Source: Octopus sinensis
Lineage: Eukaryota
Direction: 5' to 3'
Length of the DNA stretch: 64,000 bases
NCBI RefSeq assembly: GCF_006345805.1
Contig: NC_043000.1
Location: forward strand, 77,748,001 to 77,812,000
Shown here: piece after piece, positions 1-11,761 of the stretch
Numbering within the stretch: the first letter of the stretch is position 1
Layout of the letters: each line of letters opens with the position of its first letter
Position numbers and translations under genes: made by a program
Notes under the pieces: model-generated
What the model was told of the DNA's origin: nothing
The model's input: the letters and a program-made list of their open reading frames with translations, nothing else
The model's database searches: none

Positions 1-540
1 GGGTGGGGTTAGAGGTGAGGTATGTGGGGAGGGGTGTGGGATAGGGGTGAGGTATGTGGGGGAGATGGGAAGGATGGGAAAGATAGGGAAGGTGGAGTAG
101 GGGTGGGTGGATGGGTTTATGGGGGAGGGCAAGGTGGGTATGTGAGGCGAGAGAGGAGGAGAGAAGAGGAAATAAGGGGAGAAGAGGAGAGAGAGGAGGA
201 GAGAAGAGTGGGAGGAGGAGGAGGGGAGGGAAGAGAGAAGAGAGGGGGAGAAGGGGAGGAAAGAAAAGAGGAGGGGAGGGGGACGAAGAGAAGAAAGAAA
301 GAGGAAGAAAGAAGAGTGGAGGGGGAGAGAGAAGAGAGGGAGGGGGAGAGAGGGGAGAAGGAGAGGGAGGGAGCAGAGAGAAAGAGAGAAGGGAGAAGAG
401 GGTAGAGGGAAAAGAGGGAAGAAGAGGGAAAGAGAGTAGGGGCGAAAAGATGTAGGAGTGAAGAGAAGTAGGAGTCGGGGAGGAGGTTAGAGGAAAAAGG
501 GGGGAGGTTAGATGAAAAAAAAGGTGAGAGACGGGAGGTA
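1..540. repeat. Purine-rich (GA/GGA) low-complexity tract with G4-prone G-runs; probably the 3' UTR of the adjacent PLE fragment
   Basis: Almost only G and A on +. Repeated GGG runs in 1-130. Lies directly downstream, on the - strand, of the GIY-YIG fragment. Confidence 0.75.
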
Positions 541-544
541 GATG

Positions 545-1090
545 AAACGGGGTGGTGAGTTGAGCCCAAATGGCGTAAAAGAGCGAAGAGAGAAGATTAA
601 TCCCTGTTCATAGCGAAAGCGGGAGTCCGGATGGCCTCTGTGCAAGGACAATTCGAACACAGATATATGTTGCAATGAGTGACCAGTGGAGCGGAAATGG
701 CGTCAGACTGGAGTGTCATTGCCGGGGCGGATTTCTCGGAGTTGTTCCACGAACCGGTCAGCCAAGCGGCGTCCCGTTTGTCCGATGTACAGGGAATGGT
801 AGAGAGAGCAGGAGATGCAGGTGAAGGAGTCGATGATGTGATAGGGTATTTGATGGGTGCCGGTGAGGAGGGTGGTGTTGGAGAGGTAAGAGCAAGTGTA
901 GTAGCGTGGGCTGGAGCAGGGGAACGAGCCAGGTTGGGAGGTAGGGTTGGGGATGAAGCTGTGGACAAAGAGGTCTCGTAGGTTATGGGCTCGTTTGAAG
1001 GAGGGGAGGGGTCGGTTAGGGAAGATATGTGAAGTGGCCGGATCGGAATGGAGATGCCGGAAAGCTCGAAGAATGGTGCGTTGGAGAGGT
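545..1090 (-). pseudogene. Penelope-like element GIY-YIG endonuclease fragment (Neptune-like linker), degenerate
   Basis: Manual translation of a frame absent from the ORF track: PNRPLPSFKRAHNLRDLFVH..GSFPCSSPRYYTC..FTCISCSLYHSLYIGQTGRRLADRFVEQLREI..*RHF..GHS..RYEQGLIFSL..PFGLN. Shows the NLRDL linker, Cys-rich linker, YIG half and terminal E/GLN motifs. One in-frame stop; the first (GIY) half appears deleted. Confidence 0.8.
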
Positions 1091-1149
1091 AGGGTGGTGA
1101 GGGGGGAAAGATATGTGTGTGCGTGTGTGTCTGCGTGCGTGTGACCTTG

Positions 1150-1298
1150 TGTTTACTTCCTCGTAACTTAGCGGTTCGGCTAAAGTTAGCGATGGAATAA
1201 AGTACTAGGATTACAAAGAATAAGTCCTGGTGTTAATTTGTTCGACTATAGGTGATGCTCCAGCATAGCCGCAGTCAAAAAACTGAAGCAAGTAAAGG
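1150..1298 (+). mobile_element. SINE family A, 3' part
   Basis: Matches the 3' half of the complete copy at 53517-53925 (gtaacttagcggttcgg...cagcatagccgcagtc...aagtaaag). Confidence 0.85.
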
Positions 1299-1334
<36 letters not shown>

Positions 1335-1339
<5 letters not shown>

Positions 1340-1688
1340 TTCCGAGTTCATTCCCACTGCGTGGCACCTTGGGCAAGTGTCTTCTACTATGGCCTCGTGT
1401 CGACCAAAGACTGGTGAGTGGATTTGGTAGACGGAAACTGAAGGAAGCCCGTCGTATTTACGTATATATATATATGTGCGTATGTGCGTGTATATGTTTG
1501 TGTGTCTGTGTTTGTCTCCCCATCATCACTTGACAACCGATGGTGGTGTGTAACTTAGCGGTTCAGCAAATGAGAAGATAGAATAAGTACTAGGCTTACA
1601 AAGTATAAGTTCTGGGTTCGATTTGCTCGACCATAGCCGGTGCTCCAGCATGGCCGCAGTCAAATGACTGAAACAAGTAAATGAGAAT
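1335..1688 (+). mobile_element. SINE family A (tRNA-derived), 5'-truncated
   Basis: atggttccgagttcattcccactgcgtggcaccttgggcaagtgtcttctac...aaatgactgaaacaagtaa, colinear with 53517-53925. Confidence 0.9.
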
Positions 1689-1740
1689 ATATCTACACAC
1701 ACAAACACACACATACATACATATATACATACACACATAC

Positions 1741-1771
<31 letters not shown>

Positions 1772-1772
1772 C

Positions 1773-1803
<31 letters not shown>

Positions 1804-1818
1804 CATACATACATACAT

Positions 1819-1850
<32 letters not shown>

Positions 1851-1852
<2 letters not shown>

Positions 1853-2151
1853 AGGTGCAATGGCCCGGTTGTTAGGGCAGTGGACTCGCGGTCGTAGGAT
1901 CGCGGTTTCGATTCCCAGACCGGGCGTTGTGAGTGTTTATTGAGCGAAAACACCTAAAAGCTCCACGATGCTCCGGCAGGGCGTGGTGGCGATCCCTGCT
2001 GTACTCTTTCTCCACAACTTTATCCCACCCTTTCTTCTGTTGGCCTCTCGCTTAGCGAGTGGTGTGGCGTCATTTGAAGGCTAAAAGGATGCGAAGCGCA
2101 TAGTGACTAGCAACATGTAGCAACATCTGATAGCCTGGTCGGTCATGTGAT

Positions 2152-2158
<7 letters not shown>
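1851..2158 (+). mobile_element. SINE family C (tRNA-like head)
   Basis: A/B-box-like head (tggcccggttgttagg...ggtttcgattccc). The 3' part resembles 43800-43915. Confidence 0.7.
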
Positions 2159-2214
<56 letters not shown>

Positions 2215-2217
<3 letters not shown>

Positions 2218-2431
2218 GACTGAACACATAAATGTGAAACATGGTGGAAAAAAAGAGTACTCAAATACCAGTGGTAGAGTAATATGTTTATTTAAGCAGC
2301 AGAAAATTCAACAAAACCTGTTACTCTGAGTTTCCCATTGCCGTTCATCGGACAGCAAAAACTGTCCGATGAACGGCAACGGGAAACTCAGAGTAACAGG
2401 TTTTGTTGAATTTTCTGCTGCTTTAAATAAA
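2215..2431. mobile_element. PLE pseudo-LTR fold-back element inserted in (TA)n; inverted repeat 2287-2355 / 2362-2431
   Basis: About 69-bp near-perfect arms with a 6-nt loop. Same family as 44670-44898. Confidence 0.85.
2318..2399. ncRNA. Pair of minimal type I hammerhead motifs: 2318-2355 (-) and 2362-2399 (+); core variant CCGATGA
   Basis: ctgt-CCGATGA-a-cg-gcaa-cg-g-GAAA-ctcagag-TA-acag. Stem I is ctgt/acag; stem II is 2 bp with a GCAA loop; stem III is near-palindromic. Confidence 0.7.
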
Positions 2432-2561
<130 letters not shown>

Positions 2562-2711
2562 ATATATATATATATATATACATATACTGATAGATAGATA
2601 GGTAGATAGATAGATAGATACATAGATAGATAGATACATAGATAGATGTGTTTGGCGAGATTCGACAGTTGTTAGAGCATTGTATAGATTGCTCGCGCCA
2701 TTCGATCAATT

Positions 2712-2840
<129 letters not shown>

Positions 2841-2844
2841 ATTT

Positions 2845-3415
2845 TCATTTTATCGTCTTTGCACAGCTTCTAATGCAGGAAATGTACTACCGTGCCAATG
2901 AACTAAGGTAACACCATTTATATTCCGAGCACCATCTTCTAGGCTGTGCTGTTTTCTGCAAGAGCTCCAATGTTATTGCAACCCCTATTTGTTCCATGTA
3001 CTTCTCAAAATTTTTACTCAGTGCTCCCTGGGCTTTAACAATTATTGGTACTACTAACAGATTTTTCAGCGACCACAACTGCTTAACCTCCCAAGTTAAC
3101 CTATCAAGTCTATCAACTTTTCTTTCTTACTTCATACCTTGTTGTCAACTGGGCATGCTATATCTATGATCCAGCATAGTTTGCTTTTTTTCTCAATTAA
3201 GACTATGTCTAGCTTCCTATTCTCTATCTCATGGCTGCACTGAATCATAAAATCCCATAGCATCTTTGTATTATCATTTTCAATGATGCTTTTGGGTTTA
3301 TGTTCGTACCACTTTTTTGCTCTATGAAGTCCATACTTGTTGCAAAGGCTCCAATGGACAATCATGGCTATATTGTCATGACGTCTCTTATATATAAAAA
3401 AGAAAAATTTCATAG
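2845..3415 (-). mobile_element. R4/Dong-like non-LTR retrotransposon, 3' fragment with REL endonuclease
   Basis: RHDNIAMIVHWSLC..KWYEHKP..LWDF..RKLDIVL..IIDIACP, then LLQK at the C-terminus. Ends in (TGA)/(TAA) repeats. Confidence 0.85.
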
Positions 3416-3462
3416 AAAAAAAATTCAGGAATTCAATAACTCAACGAGGGGAACATCAGTAT

Positions 3463-3538
<76 letters not shown>

Positions 3539-3733
3539 CTTTTTCTATCAGTAATTAAAAATAGAACAAGTTGACTTGGTTCTTTTCATGGCAAAGGAAA
3601 GCGTAACAGTTAATTGATGGATTTTGTAAAACAAAATACAGTATAGAGACAGATTGAAAGGAATTTGAGGATTTCATCCTCAAAACCTCCAAGCACAGAC
3701 TCTTAATTAAAATGTCGTTAGACGTTCATAAAA

Positions 3734-3800
3734 CTACTAGCAGCTAAGCCCGGTTTCACCCGGTCGGTTTGGATGAGGAGGCTGTAAAACCTGCTCTGTG
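3734..3800 (+). mobile_element. Possible Helitron-like non-autonomous element 5' end
   Basis: actagcagctaagcccggtttcacccgg resembles Helitron-N 5' termini. No matching 3' end found. Confidence 0.3.
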
Positions 3801-4059
3801 TAAGCATTTGACTTGTTTGGGTACGTTTACGTTAAAAAACAATCTTAGAATTGATTTTTCCTGTCAAAACGCTAAAAATAACTGACCCCCCAAAAAAGAC
3901 AACCAAGATTCAACCAAATAAAAAAAAATAACCCAAATACTAAGCGACCAAAGCTGCAAAACAACAGAAGCAAACATAAAATTAAAAGAAAAATTAAAAG
4001 AAATTAAAAAATAGGTGAAAAATCTTTTAAATTTTCAAAGGTCAAGTCAGATTTTTCAT

Positions 4060-4199
4060 GGGCGTGCTAGTCTCAGATACATGGACCGAAATAAATTTTT
4101 CAATCACTGGTACTGTAGTCGCCTTGAGATGCCACATTTTCCCAATTTCACACTCGGCAAGAAATGGAAGCAAATTTGAAAGAAGAAAAACCCATAAAT

Positions 4200-4258
<59 letters not shown>

Positions 4259-4380
4259 TAACAATAACAATAACAATAACAACAGCAGCAACAACAACAA
4301 CAAAAACAACAACAACAATAACAACAATAACAATAACGACGACGACAACGACGACGACGATGATGATGATGATGATAAAA
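4060..4380 (-). mobile_element. Short R4/Dong REL fragment plus (AAT)n/(AAC)n/(GAC)n/(GAT)n compound microsatellite
   Basis: 4104-4140 nearly matches 5276-5312. Triplet repeats run 4200-4378. Confidence 0.75.
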
Positions 4381-4965
4381 AATGCCCATATGCAGTACCA
4401 GGCAGTGGCTCTCATGGCTTCTGATCTTAACTGATTGGAAGTGTTATCACATACATTGTTTTGTCTTGGTATAAAAGATGGGCTACAGCAAATATTCTGC
4501 TCAATACCACAGATTTGCTTGTCAGTTGTTTGACCTTAACCAGTTGAGCATGTTCCTTAGTGGCTGATGATATGTGCATCTTTGATCATGAGCAGAAGTA
4601 GTGGGGGAGCATCATAGCCATGTGTTGAGAGGGATTCTTTGGGGTTTGAATAATTCACCTCTGGAAACATGGGTGGTTTTTTCAACATCCTTAAACAACT
4701 CTTATTCAGAGACCGTTTGAGCGGGATGGGCTACTCAACCTGAAGAAAATTCTAACTGGGTCCCACCTGCAAGGTCATGTGCTGTTTATATTGATATGAG
4801 ATCACCATGTCGCGCACATATGGTTGTGATGCATGTGCCTGGTGTACCCTAATCAGACGGGTAGTCATGATGGGTATATTGGGCTTCGTATATTTTATCC
4901 CAGTGTCACTTTGATGGCATGAACTGCTTTCTCACTCAATAATAATAATAATAATGATAAAAATA
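4381..4965 (+). mobile_element. Unclassified interspersed repeat ending in an (AAT)n tail
   Basis: Non-coding block flanked by triplet microsatellites, ending ctctcactc-aataataat. Retroposon-like 3' tail. Confidence 0.4.
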
Positions 4966-7710
4966 ATGTTTTCCTTCTTTCTTCAAATTTTCTTCCATTA
5001 CATGCCGAGTATTTTCCGTACACCTAGGGCAGAGAAGCTTATTGTATGCATTCCCAGATTACACACACAAATTCACAGGAAAAATATGTATTTAAAAAAA
5101 ATTAATAAATAAATAAATTCGTGAATGGATGTTGTTTTCACAGCGATAATGCGCTTCTTAGTACATGAGTCGTTCCAGTAAACACGATTTTTTGCACTTC
5201 CTGTAGGGATGGTAAGCCTGGTATCATTTTCAAATATGTTTCAGTACCTTTCTTTTATCATTCCTAGAGATCCTACAATCACTGGTACTGTAGTCACCTT
5301 GAGATGCCATATTTTTTTCAATTTCTATTAGCATGTCTTTATATTTACTGATCTTGTCAAATTCTTTCGCTGCTATATTGTGATCGCAAGGAATACTCAT
5401 GACAATTAATAAACACACTTTTTTCGTCTGATCTTTTATAATAATATCCGGTTTATTAGCTTTTATAATTTTGTCGGTATGTACGGGGAAGTCCCAGAGA
5501 ATCGACACATTTTCTCCCTCAGTCAAAGATTCAGGATGGTGTTTATACCATTTGAGAGCGGTTTTGATTTTATAATGCCGACATATTGTCCAGTGTAAAT
5601 ACTGGCCGACTCTGTCATGTCTTGCTTTATATTCTGCAGGTGCTAAGACTCTACACCCTGAGATGACGTGGTCTATAGTTTCAATCTCATCGTTACAGAA
5701 TCGTTATTTTGGGTCAGCTCCATTTTTTATCACATTGGCTTGGTAGTTCCGGGTTAAAAAGCTTTGGTCTTGAGCAGCTAATATGAAACATTTACTCTCT
5801 GCTTTTAGCCCCGAGCTTCGTAACCATTGATGCGTGTGTTTCTGGTAGACATCAGCTTGTTTGCTACGGGCCACATACTTGCCATGCAGGGGTTTCTGTT
5901 GCTATCTGGTAGATAATTTTTCATGTGCTTTTGTCTTTGCAATTAATTTTATTTTCTTTGCAGCAGCAGTTGGCGCATTTCCTTCAACCTGATCAATCTG
6001 GTAGGTGTCAACGAGATCACTAGCGAATTTTTTGCTCTCTTTCAGAACAGAATGAAGTTTTTTCGGTCTGTCATGTTTTCCAAAAAGTTTTAGCATCTAA
6101 TCGTTGGTTGGCCAGTCCAATTGTGGTGGTTTTGTATGTAAGTTCAAGCTGGATCAAGCCTCGACCTCCCTGAGCTCTGGGAAGGTAAAGATGATCGACG
6201 TCTGCCTTGGATGGTGCATCTTATTACAAGTCAGTAGCTTGCGGATTTTTCTATCAATTTTCATTATTTCACTCGTATTCCAGTTAAGCACATTGAAGCT
6301 ATAAAGAACAACTGGTACTGCCAAGGAATTTATGGCTAACACATTATATGCATTCAGCCCAGGCTTCAGGACTACTCAAACGCTTCTATAACATTCCTTC
6401 CTAACCTTCTCTTTCATGCTTGCATGCTTGATACTAGAGCCTTCATTTATTCCTAGATATTTATAGGTTTGTTCCTGCTCAAGTTCCTTTATTACTGTTT
6501 CGACATCTAATTCGATTGAACTTGACTTTATCAATTTTTCTTTCTTAAAAGTGGCTTTGGCACACTTTTCCAGGCCAAACTCCATCCCGATATCATCACT
6601 GAATCCTTTCACTGTATTGAATAATCCTTCAAGCTCTTCATCAGCTTTGCCATATAGTTTTAAATCATCCATATAAAATAGACGGCTTATTTTCCTGTTG
6701 TCAATTTTGTAGCCATATCCTGTTCTATTCAGTTCACCTGAGAGTGGTATTAGGGCTATGCAGAAAATTAGTGGTGAAAGTGAGTCACCTTGGAAAAGAC
6801 CACAGTATATGCAAATATTGTTTGAGCGCAATACTCCATTAGAATGATATAATTGGTGTCTCGTGTTCCATAGTGACATATTATACTTTAAAAAATCTGA
6901 AATCACAAGAGAAATTTTGAAAATGTCCAGCGATTTCAGAATCCACGAATGTGGTATGCTGTCAAATACTTTTTTATAATCAATCCATGAAAAGCTGAGA
7001 TTTCTGCGCCTGTTATGGCAGTTCTCAAGGATCATGCGATTAATTAGGAGCTGATCTTCGCATCCGTATGAGTCTCGTCTGCATCCTTCTTGTTCAGTGG
7101 GAAAGAGGTTATTCTCTTCCATAAACGTATATGTTTTCTCTACTAGAATAGATGTCAAAATATTAAAGGTAGTAGACAAACATGTTATAAGCCGGAAATT
7201 TTTTGGGTCTTTCGCTTTGTTATTTTTGGGGAGGAGGTAAGTAATACTATTTGCTATCCAATGGTGTGTTTTTTCCGGGTCTTTCATAATACTATTAAAT
7301 AGTGTTACTAACATTTTGTGTGCAGACGAGAGTGATGAGAGCCAGAAATTTGGTACTCAATCAATACCAGGGGATTTCTACTTATGAGCCTTCGTTAGTG
7401 CCCTCCTTAGGTCGGCGATTGAGATGTCTTACCACACCTGTTCTTGTAGATCTTTGTAGTCATCATGGGTGCATTTGATTCAGTCTGCATTTTCATTGTA
7501 TGGTTTCTCATCACTCCAGATCTCCTTCCAAAAGTTTTCAACTTCTTCCATTAGGGGTGGATTTTCAATGGTTAGTTTTTCTTTCCCTATTTCTCTGTAA
7601 ACTGATTTGGCATTGGATTTGAACATCTTATTTTGTCTGTAGAATTTGATTCTTTTCTCAAATCTACGTATTCTCTGAGCCTTTGCTTTTGCTTTTGCCG
7701 TCATTACTTT
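4966..7710 (-). mobile_element. R4/Dong-like LINE, 5'-truncated and degenerate (RT + CCHC + REL)
   Basis: KAQRIRRFEKRIKFYRQN (7480-7704). RT at 6376-7314 with FRLITCL, QEGCR, WIDYKKVFDS, GLFQGDSLSP, LFYMDDLKLY. REL at 5230-5526 with LWDF..KPDIII..IPCD. Several frameshifts. Confidence 0.92.
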
Positions 7711-8010
7711 CTGAGTTCAAATTCCGCTGAGTTCAACTTTACCTTTCATCCTTTCGGGGTCGACTAAATAACTGCCAGTTACGCACTGGGGTTGATGTAA
7801 TCGACTTAATCCTCTATCCACAAGCAGCCCATGTGGAAAAAATTGGAAATTATTATTGTTATTATCATTATTATTAGGCGTCAGCACGCCGGGTGAAATG
7901 CTTAGTGGTATTTCGTCTGCCGCTACGTCCTGAATTGAAATTCCGCCGAGGTCGACTTTGCCTTCCATCTTTTCAAGGTCGATATAATCGACTTAACTCC
8001 TCTCCCAAAT
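7711..8010 (+). mobile_element. SINE family B (CORE-like) fragments
   Basis: gagttcaaattccgc..ctttcatcctttcggggtcga..; two partial copies separated by (TAT)n. Confidence 0.8.
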
Positions 8011-8019
8011 TTGAGGTCT

Positions 8020-9730
8020 TGTGCTTCCAGTAGAAAGGATTACCATTTTTATTTTCTCTTTATCACAAGTTTTGTTGGAACTCCTGGAGTCTTGCATGTG
8101 TAGCAGGCTTATTTTCTACAGCCTACGGTACCATGCTATTCTTTCTATTCAGCTATCTAGTAATTTCATGATTATTCTGGCCGTGCCAAGGAGGCAAACC
8201 TTTTGTAACAGCTCTACTGGGTACTCTATTCCAATTTCCTTTATATTCCCCTTGATGCCTTCTGATACTGTTCCCAAGAAACTGTTCTATATATTTGTTT
8301 GCTTTTCTTGATATCATAATAATAATATTTGCTCAATCTTACAAACGTTTTCAGCGATGTGGTTTTGTCGACCGGGACTGCATCATCAACCAGGAGATAA
8401 GTCTTTTCCATAAGATTTTTCACAATGAGGTCTGGTCAGTTTTCCTGTATTTTCCGATCAACCTGAATACTGAAATTCAAAAAGAGGCTTACCTTGGCAT
8501 TCTGAGTAACTTGTGTTCCTACCAACTGTTTTTGTCAGGGAGGCTGTATGTGCAGTATATTGACCAGTGTATGTGTTAAGCTGCCCTGTCATGAGTTTTC
8601 AAGTATTTTGTTCGTGCCAGTCTACTGCATCCAGAGATTATATTGTCAATTATTTGTGAGTACTCTCCGCATAAGCGGTATGATGAGTTGCTTTCATATT
8701 GCAGGAAATTAATCTGGTAATTCCTAGTTGGAAGGAACTGGTCCTGAGCAGCAATGATATACCTCTCAGTGTCTGGTCAATGAGTAAGTCTTGATCTACA
8801 ATAGGCTCCCTGATTATAGTAAGGTATTTGCCATGCAGTGGTCTTCATTACCAATTTCTCAACATATTGGAGGTTTATTTGTTTTGCTATGGTCTTTATT
8901 TGTTTTGCATGGTCAGTTGGGGACCTATTTTCATCTGGCACTGGTTTTATCATGTTGCATTTCTCGGAGGTATATTTTCGTGTTTTTTTATTTATTTATT
9001 TTTTATTTTTCAGAACCGACATTAACATCTAGGTGTTTGCTTGTTGCAGATAAGCAGAAATCTCATTTTTCCAGTTTTTAATAAGAGTTAGGATTGTATT
9101 AACTCCTGACCGCTTTCTTTTTGGGGGCCTATATTCGGTCTGTATCTGATTTTGGGTGATGCATACGATGCGTTGTCAATCAACTTTGTGGATCCCGGAG
9201 AGGGACAAGTTTATAATATTGAAGCTGTATATGATTATGGGCATAGTCAATGTGCTTATGACCTCAATTTTAGAATGACCCTTACTCTTCGGTATAACTC
9301 CTTCCCTATCTTTTCTGTGGGTGTTTAATGCCACCTCTTACACATTCTTCTAAATACTTATAATTGCGATGATGTTAAAATCCTTTATCTATGTGTCTCT
9401 AGGGTGATGTTGCATGTGTTTGATATTTTCCCTCGGTAACTGTAATCTTAGAGCATTTGTCGAGTCCAAATTCCGTATTGATACTATCACTAAATTATTT
9501 GACTGTGTGTAGGAGTTCTTGCAGTTATTGGTCAATTTTTCGAAAAGTTTCAGGTCATCCATATGGAGGAGATAATCAACTGTTTTTCTGTATACCCTGT
9601 ATCCATAATTTGTTTAATCCAGGAGTTTATTAGACGAAAGAGAGCTAAGCAAAATAATAAAGGAGATAACGAGTCTCCTTCAAAGAGCTTCTTGGCAAGG
9701 TGTGCTTTTGATACTCAGTCGAGTAGAGGG
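8020..9730 (-). mobile_element. Mosaic of R4/Dong-like LINE fragments (3' end 8130-8290; RT fragment 9100-9730)
   Basis: LLQKVCLLGTARI at about 8170-8210. GDSLSPLLFCLAL, LLHMDDLKLF and EFGLDKCSK at 9450-9680. Many stops. Confidence 0.7.
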
Positions 9731-11357
9731 ATACGAAGGGGAGCATGGGAATTGCGGGCGCGAGCCTGAGTGAAACCACCTGTATTGATGACATTGCATG
9801 AGCAATGGACAATGATTGTCATCCTCGGTTAATAATGGACAGCCATCATGCACGCATGTATGTATGTATGTATGTATGTATGTATGTATGATTGTATGTA
9901 TGTATGATTGTATGTATGTATGTAGTAATTGTATGGCTAAATACTTTGTAGTTCAACCAAAAGTATTTAGTCGTTTAAAGCGAATAAAGCAGTGAACAAT
10001 CGGATTCAAAGCGATGATAGAGCATGATAAACATAATCTGTAGGTTTTAGTCAATAGTGAATGTAAGATATAGATTATATCCTCATGGAGAGAAAAACAG
10101 CCGAGGTAGTTTCCATCTCCTATTGGGATTTCATCATAGATCGAGAACCCTCGATTTATGCACCTGTAGTTTAATAATTAAAATCTGCTGACAAGATGGT
10201 GTTATACATGTAAACTGTCTATCCAGTTTCCTAAAGCCTTGGATTAAATGGTTCTATAAGCAGCAGCTCTTGTCGATAGTAACAGAAATTGTTATGTTTG
10301 TCGAAACAGGATCGGTTGGGAAGTGCGAACATAATTCTGGAATATAAAGCTTGAGAAGAAAAAGACATTTTGATTGATTAAGCGATATTACTAATCCTAA
10401 ATGAATTATCTATAATCTAGAGCTTCCTCTCGCTCCTTATTTATTTATTTATTTATTTTTGCTCCATACAGATCTTTGACAAGTCAATTACTCTGAGAAT
10501 TTGTATACAATTCGATCGTAAATTATACTCATATTTGATATTTAAACAAGTACACGCGCACACGCACGTACGCATGCGCACATACACACACATTATATTA
10601 TACATAGATGTGTGTGTGTGCATGTATATGTGTGTGTGTGCGTGTGTGTGTGTGTGTAATGCCTCTCCATGGCTTTCGGTGATACGTGTTCAATGACTCG
10701 ATTACCTAAAATAACTACTCCATGAAGTGACGTGAGAGTGGCTAAGTATTCCGAAGGCACATGAACCCTTAAGTTCATCTTCAATATGTATAAAAGTTGG
10801 ATCTTTGAATGTGTAGTACAATTCTTTCGACGGTTTCTTTACAGTTTACATCAACCCAATATCACGAGTTATATTTTATCGATATCTATCCATCGAGCCG
10901 CAACAAAATTTCATAGATATGAAATTACTGTTACAGCCTTAGAGTACAAACCGTTTTCAGTTTTAAAATTGTTTTTTTATTTTTTATTTTCATATGATAC
11001 TTCAGAGATATCATCAATGAGTTATTTCAAATATAAATATGGGTGAGATCTTCTCTGTCCATGAAACTATCCCTTGTTTTTGGTGTCTTTCTAAAGGAGC
11101 GCTTACGTGCTCTGTATTGTTTGTGTCATGTCGTGTTTTTCGGTCAAAGCAATAATTCCCACGCATAGCCTGACACCATTTATCTCCTGATGTGACATCA
11201 TGCCACAAATAGGAAGGTAGCTAATTGATTGTGGGCAGTCCTACGCAGCTGTTTTTGATATTATCGCATTCTTCTAGAAGAGTATGCAACAGTATCATAA
11301 CACTAAGTTGATTTGCTGCTCTCTCTCTCTCTCTTTTTAAACATGTTAAACTTCCTG

Positions 11358-11392
<35 letters not shown>

Positions 11393-11761
11393 TTCCCGTT
11401 TTCATTATAAGCATACACATTCACGCACGCAAGCAGACAAACACATACACACACTCATACATACATACATACATACATACATACATACATACTACATACA
11501 TACATACATACATACATACATACATACACACATACATACATCTACTTAAGCGCCGTTGTAACATAATTATCTACGATATCCACTTGGTTGAAAAAGCCTA
11601 TCTTAGATTAATCGAATTTAGAAATAACTGTTGATGATTACCAGCTATCACAACACTGCTTGTATAGATCTATTGCATCTCAATTTGATAGACTTTCAAA
11701 ATACGGGATAGTCCTTTCAGGAACGCCTTTGATCAAAGGCCATATATATGTGTTCTTAGAT

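Noticed and set aside
22-981. Track ORFs at 22-569, 597-968 and 679-981
   Set aside because: Low-complexity or off-frame readings. The meaningful frame is the degenerate GIY-YIG on the - strand.
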